64,000 nt of DNA, from contig NIVC01002101.1 in assembly GCA_002269645.1 (NCBI GenBank), positions 124,001 to 188,000 on the forward strand, written 5' to 3'. Source of the stretch: Macrostomum lignano (Eukaryota). A program made the position numbers and the translations under genes. Below the pieces are notes generated by a model. It was not told where the DNA came from and did not search any database. It was given only the letters and a program-made list of their open reading frames with translations. Below, in pieces: positions 62,690 through 64,000 of this stretch. Within the stretch, counting starts at the first letter, position 1; every line of letters starts with the position of its first letter.

Positions 62690-63890
62690 CTTAGCCCTAG
62701 CCCCAGCTTAGCCCTAGCTTGAGATCAAGCCCCAGCTCAAGCTCTAGCCACACCACAGCCCTAGCAGCCAGCTCTAGCTTAAGCTCAAGCACTAGCCCAG
62801 CCCCAGCCCTATCCCACTCTATCCCAGCCCCTAATCTAGCCCTAACCTTAGCCCTAGCCCTAGTTCCTCCCCTAGCCCTGGCCTTAGCCTTAGTGCTTGT
62901 TATCCCTGCCCCAGCTCTGGCCCTATCACTATCCTGCCCCAGCCCTAGCCCTTGCCCTAGCCCCAGCCCTAGCCCCAGCCCTAGAACCAGCCCTAGCCCC
63001 AGCCCTAGCCCCAGCCTTTGCCCTTGCCCTAGCCTTAGCCCAAGCCCAAGCCCCAGCCTTAGCCCCAGCCCCAGCCTTTGCCCTAGCCCAAGCCCTTGCC
63101 CTAGCCTTAGCCCAAGCCCAAGCCCAAGCCCTAGCCCTAGCCCTTGCCCTAGCCTTAGCCCAAGCCCAAGCCCCAGCCTTAGCCCCAGCCCCAGCCTTTG
63201 CCCTAGCCCAAGCCCTTGCCCTAGCCTTAGCCCAAGCCCAAGCCCAAGCCCTAGCCCTAGCCCTTGCCCTAGCCTTAGCCCAAGCCCAAGCCCCAGCCTT
63301 AGCCCCAGCCCCAGCCTTTGCCCTAGCCCTAGCCCAAGCCCTTGCCCTAGCCTTAGCCCAAGCCCAAGCCCAAGCCCTAGCCCTAGCCTAGCCCTTGCCC
63401 CTGCCCCAGCCCTTGCCCTAGCCCTAGCCCTAGCCTTAGCCCAAGCCCTAGCCCTTGCCCGAGCCCTTGCCCTAGCCTTAGCCCAAGCCCAAGCCCAAGC
63501 CCTAGCCCTAGCCTAGCCCTTGCCCCTGCCCCAGCCCTTGCCCTAGCCTTAGCCCTAGCCCTAGCCTTAGCCCAAGCCCTAGCCCTTGCCCGAGCCCTTG
63601 CCCTAGCCTTAGCCTAAGCCCCTGCCCCTGCATCTGCCCTAGCCCCAGCCCCTGCCCTTGCCCTTGCCCTAGCCCTAGCCCCAGCCCTACCCCACCCAAG
63701 CCCTACCCCACCCCAGCGTCAGCCCTACCCCACCCCATCGCCAGCCCTACCCCACCCTAGCGCCAGCCCTACCCCACTCCAGCCCCAGCCCTACCCCACT
63801 CCAGCCCCAGCCCTACCCCACCCCAGTGCCAGCCCTACCCCATCTCAGCGCCAGCCCTACCCCATCCCAGTCTTGGCCCTAGACCCCCAG
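62690..63890. repeat. Degenerate hexamer array (CCCTAG/CCTTAG/CCCAAG/CCCCAG) with a ~120-bp higher-order period, grading into ~24-bp units
   Basis: Direct inspection; gives the ALALAQAQ/PSPSPC pseudo-ORFs. Confidence 0.93.
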
Positions 63891-64000
63891 ATCTGGCCCT
63901 TTCACTATCCTAGCCCTAACCCCAGCAGAATTCTACTTCTTTAACTCCTGCACCCCTGCACTCCCTACACCCCGTGCACTCCACATGTGCTGTTTGTATT

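Overview
Eukaryotic (metazoan) genomic DNA, roughly half tandem repeats and transposon debris, with GC-rich exons, GT/GC-AG introns and tRNA-derived SINEs. The style resembles a free-living flatworm such as Macrostomum (inference, not tested). Genes I could assemble by hand: (1) a low-complexity basic/SR-like nuclear protein (+, 11.5-15.4 kb); (2) a complete 9-exon MFSD4/NaGLT1-like MFS transporter (-, 19.5-28.0 kb) with a GC-AG first intron and several introns filled by different minisatellites; (3) a PAN/apple + C-type-lectin protein (+, 31.3-32.5 kb); (4) an FRS2/DOK/IRS-type PTB adaptor (-, 57.1-58.4 kb); (5) a truncated Tudor-domain segment; (6) an intron-containing hAT-like transposase with one premature TGA. 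Mobile-element remnants include a Penelope-like 3' end with a hammerhead-like motif, a deleted MULE nested in a SINE, mariner, two Gypsy integrases, Crypton/YR-like pieces and two SINE families. The most unusual region is about 3.4-11.4 kb. It is almost devoid of CpG and shows C>T/G>A changes at CpA as well as CpG (RIP-like spectrum by manual SINE alignment). It also holds a gap-free collage of mariner transposase, a probable negative-strand RNA virus nucleoprotein fragment (EVE) and a Gypsy integrase. All alignments and counts were done by eye; array boundaries are approximate.
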